The notes under the pieces were generated by a model. That model saw nothing but the letters and a program-made list of their open reading frames with translations. It was not told where the DNA came from and did no database searches. 64,000 nt of DNA from Alphaproteobacteria bacterium (GTDB lineage: Bacteria; Pseudomonadota; Alphaproteobacteria; UBA7985; JAUIBT01): positions 9,380 through 73,379 of the forward strand of contig JAUIBT010000020.1 in NCBI GenBank assembly GCA_030428255.1, given 5' to 3'. A program made the translations under genes and the position numbers. This document shows positions 40,744 to 49,825 of the stretch, in pieces. Position 1 is the stretch's first letter. Each line of letters starts with the position of its first letter.

Positions 40744-42057
40744 TCACGACGAGGCCAAGGCACGAAGCGCTGACTTGGCGGCAACCGTGTGGCTGTTGGC
40801 ATAAGCCTGGTGGCGCTCTTCGATTTTTGCGCCGTCATAGTGATAGTTGACCATCACACCCCAAGCATTTGTTTGGCCCGCATCGCTGAGGTCGGCGTTG
40901 AGATGGATGGCCTCAAGCTCAGCTCCGTTGCCAAGATGAAAGTGCGCTACAGGATCGGCCACGCGCCCCGCGCCGCGCCGCGCTTCCAGCAGGTAGCAGG
41001 CCGCCAAGCGACGAAGCTGTTGGCCTTGGTCGTCAGATAGGGCTTGGCCCTCCTCCAGGGCCTGGATGAGCGCGAGGCTGGCCTCGTCAAGTTGCGGCAC
41101 CGCACCCGATTTGGCAGCGGCCAAAGCCCAAGAGCGCAGACCGGGCACGGGCGAGAGGGTGACAAAGCGCTTGAGCCCTGGCAATTCGCGTGACAGCTCT
41201 TCAACCACTTGTTTGATCAAGAAGCTGCCAAAAGAGACGCCGCGCAGGCCCTTTTGGCAATTGGAAATGGAGTAAAAGACCGCCGTGGTCGCTTGGTCAG
41301 GCTCCAGGCCCTTGCGCTGAGATTTCAAGATTGGCGCGATGGCTTCCGGAGTATCGGCGGTCAGTGCGACCTCCACGAAGATCAGCGGCTCGTCGGGCAT
41401 GGCGGGGTGGAAAAAGGCAAACAGCCGACGATCCGGTGATCCGACGCGCTGGCGCAAATCCTCCCAGCCTTGGATTTCGTGAACCGCTTCGTAAGCGATG
41501 ATTTTTTCTAGGATTGCCGCCGACGTGGACCAGTCAATGTGGCGGATTTCCAGAAATCCTCGATTGAACCAGGACAAGAAAAGATGGCGAAAATCAAGGT
41601 CCAAGCCCGCCAGTTGCGGGCGCGCGGCCAAACAGCTCAATAGCTCAGCGCGCAGATTGACCAGGCGCGCTGTGGCACCCGGCACACGATTGAGTGCGCG
41701 AATCAGCGCCTGACTGCGGGGTTCTGCTGCAAAGTGCAGCGCTCTGGCGGTGGTGACATCGCCCGGCGTCCAGTTCGCAATGGCTTGCTTGAGTTTGGCC
41801 TCATCGGGGCCGAAGGTCGCGGCGATTTGCACCAGAATATCTTGGCGTTCGTCTCGCTCAAGCGCTTCCAAGCGATCGAGGATCCGTCGCGCCATGACCA
41901 GACCAGAGGCTTCGCCGTGATCGGTCAACAAGCGATGGCAAGCTTCGACCAAATCAAGGCTTTCGTCTTCGCCGTTTGCGGCGCGTTGACGCCCGCCACC
42001 AGCGATACGACGGAACATATCACTCAAAAAGCGTGTGCTCGCAGCACTTGCGATCAT
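40744..42057 (-). CDS. Malonyl-CoA decarboxylase
   Basis: WFNRGFL, LEKIIAYEAVH, EPLIFVEVAL, FYSISNCQ.GL.G, TLSPVPG, DPVAHFHLGNGA, MVNY. Confidence 0.94.
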   Translation of the reverse strand: MIASAASTRFLSDMFRRIAGGGRQRAANGEDESLDLVEACHRLLTDHGEASGLVMARRILDRLEALERDERQDILVQIAATFGPDEAKLKQAIANWTPGDVTTARALHFAAEPRSQALIRALNRVPGATARLVNLRAELLSCLAARPQLAGLDLDFRHLFLSWFNRGFLEIRHIDWSTSAAILEKIIAYEAVHEIQGWEDLRQRVGSPDRRLFAFFHPAMPDEPLIFVEVALTADTPEAIAPILKSQRKGLEPDQATTAVFYSISNCQKGLRGVSFGSFLIKQVVEELSRELPGLKRFVTLSPVPGLRSWALAAAKSGAVPQLDEASLALIQALEEGQALSDDQGQQLRRLAACYLLEARRGAGRVADPVAHFHLGNGAELEAIHLNADLSDAGQTNAWGVMVNYHYDGAKIEERHQAYANSHTVAAKSALRALASS

Positions 42058-42441
42058 GGACTCGATGCCTTCCACAGCCTGCCGCGTCGATGGGATCGCA
42101 CTGGGGCTGCCATATCTGTTGAGATGGAACGCACTTCACCGCTGCTTGGCGGGCCAAGGCAGGGCTAGAGCGTCCGTGTTGGGGAGAGGCTTTTGAGATG
42201 ATCGCGAGCCACCGTTAGCTGCCCGCAAGGAGAGCCAAGGGCGCAAGGATCGTAGAAGTGTCAAGCTGACAGGGCAAGCCCTTGCAGGTGAGAAACCTGG
42301 GCGCAGGCCGATCAAGGGCTCTGCCGGGCTACTGTGATCTGCGTACAGGCTCTGGCGTCGTCTCGACCTGGCCTGGCCCACTGATGCACCGATCTACGCG
42401 GCGCCTAGCGCAGTGCAGAGTCACAGTACCCAGTCGAATGC

Positions 42442-42588
42442 TTAGCGCGCGTTGTGGAAGATGTCGGCGATGTCAGCGCGCACGATGCCGATGTCTGCCA
42501 ATTCGCGGTCGCTCAAAGAGGTCAGTTCGCGATACAGAGTGTTGCGCTTGTTGGTTTTTTCGACGTAGCGAGAGAGAGACTTGAACAT
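42442..42588 (-). CDS. DUF1127 (YjiS-like) small protein, 48 aa, absent from the ORF track
   Basis: Hand translation gives MFKSLSRYVEKTNKRNTLYRELTSLSDRELADIGIVRADIADIFHNAR*, with the EL..LSDRELADIG..R.DI signature and a GAGG SD. Confidence 0.92.
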   Translation of the reverse strand: MFKSLSRYVEKTNKRNTLYRELTSLSDRELADIGIVRADIADIFHNAR

Positions 42589-42832
42589 GATAATTGCCTC
42601 GAAGTGCTAGAAACGATTGGGGCCAAGCCTGGCCACCAAGGGAGCGATCAACTCTGACCGCCCACAGAAGGTGGGACCAAACAGGCCTTTGGACAAGCGA
42701 CAGCCTCGCAGCTCTGGCATGCGCTTTTTGCAGCCTCAGTTTGGAGGGGTTGCGCTGGCTGCGTAGTCTCCGGGGCTTGGCTGGCTGGGGAGGCAAGCTA
42801 GACTGAGTGCCCAATCGCGGACAGGAGGCCCT

Positions 42833-43612
42833 ATGCTCATCAACAGTCCAACGCTTTGGCGTCACGCCCTTCGCCTCAAGGCGGGTCAGGGGCACAAGTA
42901 TGACCACGGATTGGCGGTCATTTATGCAGCGCCAGAGCTAACCGGCGCAACGCGGCTGGCCGCCGAGGCTTGCGCCAGGGTTGGCGTGGGCTTGGTGACG
43001 GTCCTGGCACCCAAAGCCACGGCTGCCATCTATCAAGCCAGCCTGCCGCCGCACATCATGGTGCGCAGCGATTTGGCCTACCAAGACCCAAGGGTTGGCG
43101 CCCGCCTCTATGGGTCGGGTGGGCTTGCCGTTGCGCCTGATTTTTCGGGACAAGTTCCCAGCGTGTTGGACGCCGATGCATTGGCGGGCCTGCCCGCACG
43201 TCTGCCCGCACGTCTGGGCGATTCCTTTATCTTAACGCCGCACGAAGGCGAGTTCGCTCGCGCGTTCCCCGGCATCGACGGAGCTGCAACGCGCAACTAT
43301 CGTGCACTGGCCGCCGCGCGGCTCAGCGGCGCTGTCGTGGTGCTCAAGGGCGCACAAACCATCCTTGCAGCGGCTGACGGGCGCATGGTCATCAACCGTC
43401 ATGCCAGCGCAGATCTGGCGACAGCGGGCAGTGGGGATGTTTTGGCGGGTATGATCACCGGCCTGCTTGCGCGCGGTCTGGAACCCTTGTTGGCGGCCGC
43501 TGCAGCCGTATGGATGCATGGCGAGGCGGCGCGACGCTTTGGGCCGGGCTTGGTGGCCAGCGACTTGCCAGCGCTGTTGCCCGCAGTTTTGCGTGATCTG
43601 GCCGGGGCTTAG
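42833..43612 (+). CDS. nnrD: ADP-dependent NAD(P)H-hydrate dehydratase (stand-alone YjeF-C)
   Basis: HKYDHG, VLDADAL, LTPHEGEF, VVLKG, LATAGSGDVLAG. AGGAGG SD. Confidence 0.9.
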   Translation: MLINSPTLWRHALRLKAGQGHKYDHGLAVIYAAPELTGATRLAAEACARVGVGLVTVLAPKATAAIYQASLPPHIMVRSDLAYQDPRVGARLYGSGGLAVAPDFSGQVPSVLDADALAGLPARLPARLGDSFILTPHEGEFARAFPGIDGAATRNYRALAAARLSGAVVVLKGAQTILAAADGRMVINRHASADLATAGSGDVLAGMITGLLARGLEPLLAAAAAVWMHGEAARRFGPGLVASDLPALLPAVLRDLAGA

Positions 43613-44075
43613 CGCGTTTCGCACCGGGCTGGATGTTGGGTCCGGGGCTTCGCGATGTGTGTCCGTGCCCCTAAACAAGCAAGCAGTTTGGATACACTCT
43701 AGCCCCGCTCTTCGAAGCTAGGCTAGCGCCGCGTTGCCCGTGTTGAGGCCAGCAAGGCGCACCAATCTGCAGCGCGGTGGTCTGATGTCTGGATTAGGGT
43801 CGCCAGCGATGTGCTCAAGCAGCATCGCGAAACCTGGACGCATAGTGCCATGTGTCGGGCGCTCTGTCTGATAGGGTTCTGTGACGAATACCAGCGCTTT
43901 CGTCGCACCTCCGGGCGGGGCGAGGTCAGGCCAGGCGCGTCCAATACCAAAACCGCGTCGCATCTTGCTGCGCAGAGCCTTGGTAGGACTTGCCGTATAG
44001 CGACCCGTTAGATGGCAGAGCGATCGCCGCGACACTGCGTTGGTACAAGCCGCACCCAGACAAGCAAGCGCAAAC

Positions 44076-44105
44076 AAAAAGGGCCAGCCGTATCCGACTG
44101 ACCCC
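44076..44105 (-). terminator. Terminator after the ABC substrate-binding gene
   Basis: Minus strand GGGTCAGTCG-GATA-CGGCTGGCCC-TTTTT. Confidence 0.85.
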
Positions 44106-44137
44106 TTTGTTGATTGTGCGAGCAATGCTCAGGCTGG

Positions 44138-45745
44138 TTAAGCCATCCACCAGCGCTCGGTTGCCTTGTGGCCGTCCATCTCCCAGTTGGGCGCGACATT
44201 GTCGCTGTGCGCAACCTTCTTGGAGATACCCATGATGTAATTGGCAAACATGGGCACGATGGCTCCGCCGTCATCGCTAATGAGGGTCTGAGCTTCGGCA
44301 TAGAGGGCGCGACGCTTGCCTTCGTCCAACTCAGCACGGGCGTCTTTAACGATCGCGTTGAAGCGGCTGGCGGCATCGGTGCCTTTCCAAGCGGTGTCGT
44401 TCCACTCGGTGGTGTCAACGTAGGCGGATGAGAACATCCAATCCTCGGTCGGGCGACCACCCCAATAGCACATGCACCAGCCCTTCTTGTTCCAGACGTT
44501 GGACCAGTAGCCGTCCTTAGGCTCGCGCACGACTTCGATGTCGATGCCCGCTTCCTTGGCTGAGGCCGCGGCCAGAACCGCTGCATCCACCGCACCTGCA
44601 AAGGCAGCGTCAGAGGCAGACAGTTGGATGGTGCCAGAGTGGCCAGACTTCTTATAGTGGAAGGCCGCTTTGTCAGCGTCAAACTCGCGCTGTGGCAAGC
44701 CCGAAGCGTGGTAGCGGTTGGCGGTCGAAATTGGGTGATCGTTCCCCAGGGCGCCGTGGCCCAGCAGGATCTTATCCACCATTTCTTGACGCTTGATCGC
44801 CAGCTTCATCGCCATGCGCAGGTCGTAGTTGTCAAACGGCGCAACATCCAAGCGCATCGGCATGGTGTAGTGCAGCGTGCCGGTGATCTCCAGAATGTTG
44901 ATCGCAGGGTTGCGTGACAGCAGCGCGACCGTCTTAGGGTCGATGCGGTCAATGGCATGAACCTGGCCAGACATGAGCGCTGCTTGGCGGGCAGAGGGGT
45001 TGATGATCGACAGAATCTCTACGCTGTCAAAGTGACCCGCGCCGTCTTTCCAATAGTTGGGGTTCTTGCGGCCGATGAAGCGAACACCGGGCTCGAAGTT
45101 CTCCAGGATGTAGGCACCGGTACCAATGCCAGAGGTGGGGTCCACCTTGCCGTCAACGGCGGGCATGATGATCGCGTGGTAGTCGGACACGATGAAGGGG
45201 AAGTCAGCGTTTGCGCCGCTCAGCTCAACCACCACGTTGTCGCCATCGATACGGATATCGTCAACCGCGGACAGGTTGCCCTTAATCGCAGACTTGGAAT
45301 CGTCGCCACGGTGGTAGTTCAGCGAGGCCACCACGTCAGAGGGCTCCAAAGTCTTGCCGTTGTGGAATTCCACGCCCTTGCGGATCTTGAAGACCCAGGT
45401 CTTCGCGTCTGCGGACTCGTAAGATTCACACAGGTCAGGGCGCAGTTGGCCGTCCTGGCCCACCTCGGTCAAATGGCCACCCCAGCTGTTGCCGATGTGG
45501 GTCATCATACCATTTTCGAAGGTGCCGGGGTCCAGCGAGTCCGTGGTCGAACCGTGGCCCATGCCCATGCGGAAGTCACCGCCGGACTTGGGCGTCGCGG
45601 CCATGGCTTGGTCCGCCATGCCCATGGCAGCCGGAAGCGCCAAGCCAGCGGCTGTAGCACCCATAATAAACTGTCGGCGATCTATCTGGCCTGAAGCGAA
45701 CTTGCGCTTTTGCTCAGCAAGGAAGATCTGTTTCAGATCAATCAT
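44138..45745 (-). CDS. Peptide/nickel ABC substrate-binding protein (family 5) with Tat signal
   Basis: IDRRQFIMGA twin-arginine motif, DSLDP, FKIRKGVEFHNG, GTGAY. Confidence 0.93.
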   Translation of the reverse strand: MIDLKQIFLAEQKRKFASGQIDRRQFIMGATAAGLALPAAMGMADQAMAATPKSGGDFRMGMGHGSTTDSLDPGTFENGMMTHIGNSWGGHLTEVGQDGQLRPDLCESYESADAKTWVFKIRKGVEFHNGKTLEPSDVVASLNYHRGDDSKSAIKGNLSAVDDIRIDGDNVVVELSGANADFPFIVSDYHAIIMPAVDGKVDPTSGIGTGAYILENFEPGVRFIGRKNPNYWKDGAGHFDSVEILSIINPSARQAALMSGQVHAIDRIDPKTVALLSRNPAINILEITGTLHYTMPMRLDVAPFDNYDLRMAMKLAIKRQEMVDKILLGHGALGNDHPISTANRYHASGLPQREFDADKAAFHYKKSGHSGTIQLSASDAAFAGAVDAAVLAAASAKEAGIDIEVVREPKDGYWSNVWNKKGWCMCYWGGRPTEDWMFSSAYVDTTEWNDTAWKGTDAASRFNAIVKDARAELDEGKRRALYAEAQTLISDDGGAIVPMFANYIMGISKKVAHSDNVAPNWEMDGHKATERWWMA

Positions 45746-46147
45746 TGATGTATGTCTCCTGTTTCTTCCATCAGTCTGATAGCTGAAGTCGTACGCACAT
45801 GCGCCGCTTCATTTGAGATTTTTCGGGCTTTGGAGCCGCGGGACCTGCGGTTCAAAACTTCGCGGCTCTACACCACGGTGTTTTCGACCAAGATCACAGC
45901 GCCTAGGCACCAGTTTTCAGACAAGGGCATGCTAGCGCCAGAAAATATTTTGTCCAACTTTGAATTCACGTGTTGCGGAAAATGACTAGCCCTCATAGGC
46001 TCATTGCTACAAAATTGGGGCAACATGGATTAGCTTGTGTCCAATCGAAGGCAAAAATCGTAAGATTTTTGCTGACTTAGCCAATACGGCCTGCGGACCA
46101 AGCTGCATCACAATACCAAGCGCTGGCAAGGCGCGGGAGGAAATTCG

Positions 46148-47128
46148 GTGAATTCAGTTTTGATCACGGTGATTCAGCGGCTCTTGCTGGGCCTTATCAC
46201 CTTGTTCTTCGTGTCGATAATCATCTTCGCCATGGTTGCCATGCTGCCCGGCGACTTCACCCAAGCGGTGCTTGGGCAAGCCGCGCTTGAGGAGACGGTT
46301 CAGGCCTTCCGTAAGGAGTTGGGTCTAGATCAGCCTGCGGTCTACCGTTATTTCCAGTGGCTGGGCGCTGTTTTGCAGGGCGATTTTGGTACGTCCTTCT
46401 CAGGTCGTGCTTCTTCAGGCATCGACCGCTCGCGTCCCGTGCTGGAGCTGATCGAGCCGCGCCTTTATAATACGCTGTTCTTGGCTTCCATGACCGCGAT
46501 TGTTGCGGTGCCGCTGGCGCTCTATCTGGGCATCACCGCCGCCTTGCATCGCAACGGCTTTTTCGACCGCTTGATCAACACCGTCACTTTGGTGTCGATT
46601 TCTTTGCCCGAGTTCCTGGTGGCTTACGTCTTGATGGCGCTGTTGGCCGTGCTGTGGCCGGTCTTCCCGCCAATTTCGGAAGTCCGCCCAGGGGCTGACT
46701 TCTTTGACCGCCTCTATATCTCCGTGCTGCCGGCCTTGACGCTGACGATGGTGACCATTGCTCACATGATGCGCATGACCCGCGCTGCGATTATCAACTT
46801 GCTGGCCAGCCCCTACGTCGAAATGGCGCGCTTGAAGGGCGTCGCTCAGCGCGAGATCATCATTAAGCACGTTTTGCCCAACGCTTGGGCGCCCATTGCA
46901 ACAGTGATTGCCTTCAACCTGGCCTATTTGGTCATCGGCGTGGTGGTGGTCGAAACGGTCTTTACCTATCCCGGGATTGGCCGCCTGATGGTCGATAGCG
47001 TGACAACGCGCGATATTCCTATCGTTCAAGCCTGCGGGCTGATCTTTGCGGGGACCTATATCTTCTTGAATATGTCGGCTGATATCATCGGCATCGTTAC
47101 CAATCCTCGCCTCCTTCACCCACGTTGA
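46148..47128 (+). CDS. Peptide ABC permease (DppB-like)
   Basis: LPGD, GLDQP, GDFGTS, EAA loop YVEMARLKG, C-terminal NPRL. Confidence 0.93.
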   Translation: MNSVLITVIQRLLLGLITLFFVSIIIFAMVAMLPGDFTQAVLGQAALEETVQAFRKELGLDQPAVYRYFQWLGAVLQGDFGTSFSGRASSGIDRSRPVLELIEPRLYNTLFLASMTAIVAVPLALYLGITAALHRNGFFDRLINTVTLVSISLPEFLVAYVLMALLAVLWPVFPPISEVRPGADFFDRLYISVLPALTLTMVTIAHMMRMTRAAIINLLASPYVEMARLKGVAQREIIIKHVLPNAWAPIATVIAFNLAYLVIGVVVVETVFTYPGIGRLMVDSVTTRDIPIVQACGLIFAGTYIFLNMSADIIGIVTNPRLLHPR

Positions 47129-47138
47129 GCCCGCAGTC

Positions 47139-48053
47139 ATGAGCACGAAAAACTACTCCGCGACTGCCGAGGTCGCACACGTAAGAACCCGCCGGACTTG
47201 GCTTCACCGCATGTGGCTGGGCCTCAAGAAGGCCCCGCTAACCGCCTGGTTTGGCCTCATCGTCATCCTTGGCTATTTGTTCTGCATGATCTTTGCGGAC
47301 CTGATCGCTCCCCACGGCGAAGCTGAGGTGTTCGCTATACCCTATGCGCCCTGGTCCGAAGAACACCGCTTGGGCACGGACCACTTGGGCCGCGATATTC
47401 TTTCGCGCTTGATCTTTGGCGCGCGCAATACCGTTGGCATCGCCTTGCTGACCACCTTGCTATCCTTCGCCATCGGTGGCGGTCTTGGTCTGGTGGCAGC
47501 AATCAACCGCTCTTGGCTCGATCAAATATTGAGCCGCTTTGTCGATATCCTCTTGGCCATTCCAAGCCTGATTTTTGCTCTTATGCTGCTGGCGGTATTT
47601 GGGTCGTCGGTACTGAACTTGATCATCATCATCGCGGTACTGGACTCGACCCGCGTATTTCGCTTGACCCGCGCGGTGGCGCTGAATGTCGTGGTGATGG
47701 ACTACGTTGAGGCGGCGCGTTTGCGCGGTGAAAAACTGGGCTGGATCATGCGCCGCGAGATCCTCCCCAACATCATGCCGCCGCTGGTCGCTGAGTTTGG
47801 TCTGCGCTTTAGCTTCGTCTTCTTGACGATTGCCGCTCTGTCCTTCCTGGGCCTTGGCATCCAGCCGCCAACCGCCGACTGGGGCACTATGGTGCGCGAG
47901 CTTTCCACCTTCATCAACTACCTGAACTACGACCTGCGTCTGGGCCTGTTGGCCTTTATTCCAGGCAGTGCGATTGCGCTGTTGACCGTTGCGGTCAACT
48001 TCGTGGTCGATTGGTTCTTACATCAAACGTCGGGGTTGCGCGATGAGCACTAA
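47139..48053 (+). CDS. Peptide ABC permease (DppC-like)
   Basis: LGTDHLGRDILSRL, YVEAARLRGE, LSFLGLG..PP..DWG. Confidence 0.93.
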   Translation: MSTKNYSATAEVAHVRTRRTWLHRMWLGLKKAPLTAWFGLIVILGYLFCMIFADLIAPHGEAEVFAIPYAPWSEEHRLGTDHLGRDILSRLIFGARNTVGIALLTTLLSFAIGGGLGLVAAINRSWLDQILSRFVDILLAIPSLIFALMLLAVFGSSVLNLIIIIAVLDSTRVFRLTRAVALNVVVMDYVEAARLRGEKLGWIMRREILPNIMPPLVAEFGLRFSFVFLTIAALSFLGLGIQPPTADWGTMVRELSTFINYLNYDLRLGLLAFIPGSAIALLTVAVNFVVDWFLHQTSGLRDEH

Positions 48054-49650
48054 GTCAGACCTGCTGCTGGATATGCGCGGCATCAAGATTGAGGGCTTCA
48101 GTGATGAGCGCTGGCACCCCATCATCAAGGGTGTCGATCTGCAACTCCACCGCGGTGAAGTTCTGGGCCTGATCGGTGAGTCGGGCGCGGGCAAGTCCAC
48201 GCTGGGCCTGGCGGCCATGGGCTTTGCGCGGCCCGGCTGCCGGATCACCGACGGCCAAATCCTGTTCGATGGCCGAGACCTGAAGCCCATGAAGGAGTCC
48301 GAGAAGCGCAAACTTTGGGGCTCGCGCATGGCCTATGTCGCCCAGTCGGCGGCGGCCTCGTTCAACCCCGCGCATAGGCTGATCGACCAGACCATTGAAG
48401 CGAGCCTGATCAAGGGCCTAAAGTCGCAAAACGAGGCCAAGGCGGATGCGGTCGAGCTGTATCGCGCACTGCAATTGCCCGATCCTGGCAGCATCGGTTT
48501 CCGCTATCCTCACCAGGTGTCGGGTGGACAGCTTCAGCGGGTCATGACCGCGATGGCCATGGCCACGCGACCGGACTTGATCATTTTCGATGAGCCAACG
48601 ACGGCATTGGATGTGACCACACAGGTCGAGGTTTTGCTGGCCATGCGCAACATCGTCGAGCAGTTCGGCACGGCGGCGATCTACATCACCCACGATTTGG
48701 CGGTGGTGGCGCAAATGGCCGACCGCATCAAGGTCTTGCGCTATGGCGAACAGGTTGAGGAGGCCGAGACGCGGCGCATGCTGGAGGCCCCGCAGGAGGA
48801 CTACACCAAGTCGCTCTGGTCGGTGCGCTCGATCCAAAAGCCCGAAGAGACCAGCGAGGACTACGTTCTGACGCTCGATGGCGTCGATGCTGGCTACACG
48901 CGCTCGCTGAAAGTGCTAAAGAATGTCAATATCAAGGTTCCACGTGGGCGCACCGTGGCCGTGGTTGGCGAGTCCGGCTCGGGCAAATCGACCACCGCAA
49001 GGGTCATTACCGGCTTGCTGCCGCCCAGCGCGGGCAGCGTTCGCTTCAATGGTGAACCTTTGCCCGCAGCGCTCAAGGACCGCAGCCTTGATCAGTTGCG
49101 CGAAATCCAAATGATCTATCAAATGGCGGATACGGCCATGAACCCGCGTCAGACCGTGGGCGAGATCATTGGCCGGCCGCTGGAATTCTACCACGGCATG
49201 AGCGGGCGCAAGAAAGAAGAGCGCATCACCGATCTGCTGCGCATGATCGAGCTAGATGACAGCTTCGCTGATCGTTTGCCCTCTGAGCTGTCCGGCGGGC
49301 AAAAGCAGCGCATCTGCATCGCACGGGCCTTGGCCGCCGAGCCAGACGTGATCATTTGCGATGAGGTCACTTCGGCCTTGGACCAGATTGTGCAGGAAGG
49401 CATTTTGAACTTGCTGCTGAATTTACAAGAGAAATTCGGCATTTCTTACATCTTCATCACCCACGATATTGCGACGGTCAAAGCCATCTCGGACGAGATC
49501 GTTATCATGTTCCAAGGCGAAGTTGTCGAGCAAGGACTGAAGAGTGAGATACTAGCGCCGCCGCATCCCGACTATACCCAACTGCTGCTGTCTTCGGTGC
49601 CAGAGATGGACCCTGATTGGTTGGACACGCTGGTAACAGAGCGCAGCTAG
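48043..49650 (+). CDS. Peptide ABC ATP-binding protein with two fused ATPase domains
   Basis: Two Walker A motifs (GESGAGKS, GESGSGKS) and two SGGQ signatures. Confidence 0.95.
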   Translation: MSTKSDLLLDMRGIKIEGFSDERWHPIIKGVDLQLHRGEVLGLIGESGAGKSTLGLAAMGFARPGCRITDGQILFDGRDLKPMKESEKRKLWGSRMAYVAQSAAASFNPAHRLIDQTIEASLIKGLKSQNEAKADAVELYRALQLPDPGSIGFRYPHQVSGGQLQRVMTAMAMATRPDLIIFDEPTTALDVTTQVEVLLAMRNIVEQFGTAAIYITHDLAVVAQMADRIKVLRYGEQVEEAETRRMLEAPQEDYTKSLWSVRSIQKPEETSEDYVLTLDGVDAGYTRSLKVLKNVNIKVPRGRTVAVVGESGSGKSTTARVITGLLPPSAGSVRFNGEPLPAALKDRSLDQLREIQMIYQMADTAMNPRQTVGEIIGRPLEFYHGMSGRKKEERITDLLRMIELDDSFADRLPSELSGGQKQRICIARALAAEPDVIICDEVTSALDQIVQEGILNLLLNLQEKFGISYIFITHDIATVKAISDEIVIMFQGEVVEQGLKSEILAPPHPDYTQLLLSSVPEMDPDWLDTLVTERS

Positions 49651-49825
49651 GCAGGTGCCTTGCAGCCAAAGGAGCCAGCATCAACCTTAAGCACAGTGGG
49701 AACGAACCTGGGGTGCCTTTTGCGATGTTGGCCCAGCCCAGCGCTTTGTTGTCCTTGCAGGCGATGGCAAGTTGGAGGTCACAGATTTTCAGTTTGAGGG
49801 CGAGCCACGCGGCGCGCTCGGGCCG

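Noticed and set aside
42080..42440. Cobalamin riboswitch or cuckoo sRNA cluster
   Set aside because: I could find neither a B12-box/GGGAA core nor repeated CCTCCTCCC motifs on either strand.
43613..44075. Gene or pseudogene in the nnrD-SBP gap (ORFs 43718-44125 and 43811-44011)
   Set aside because: No SD or family motif, and the longer ORF runs through a terminator. Left unannotated.
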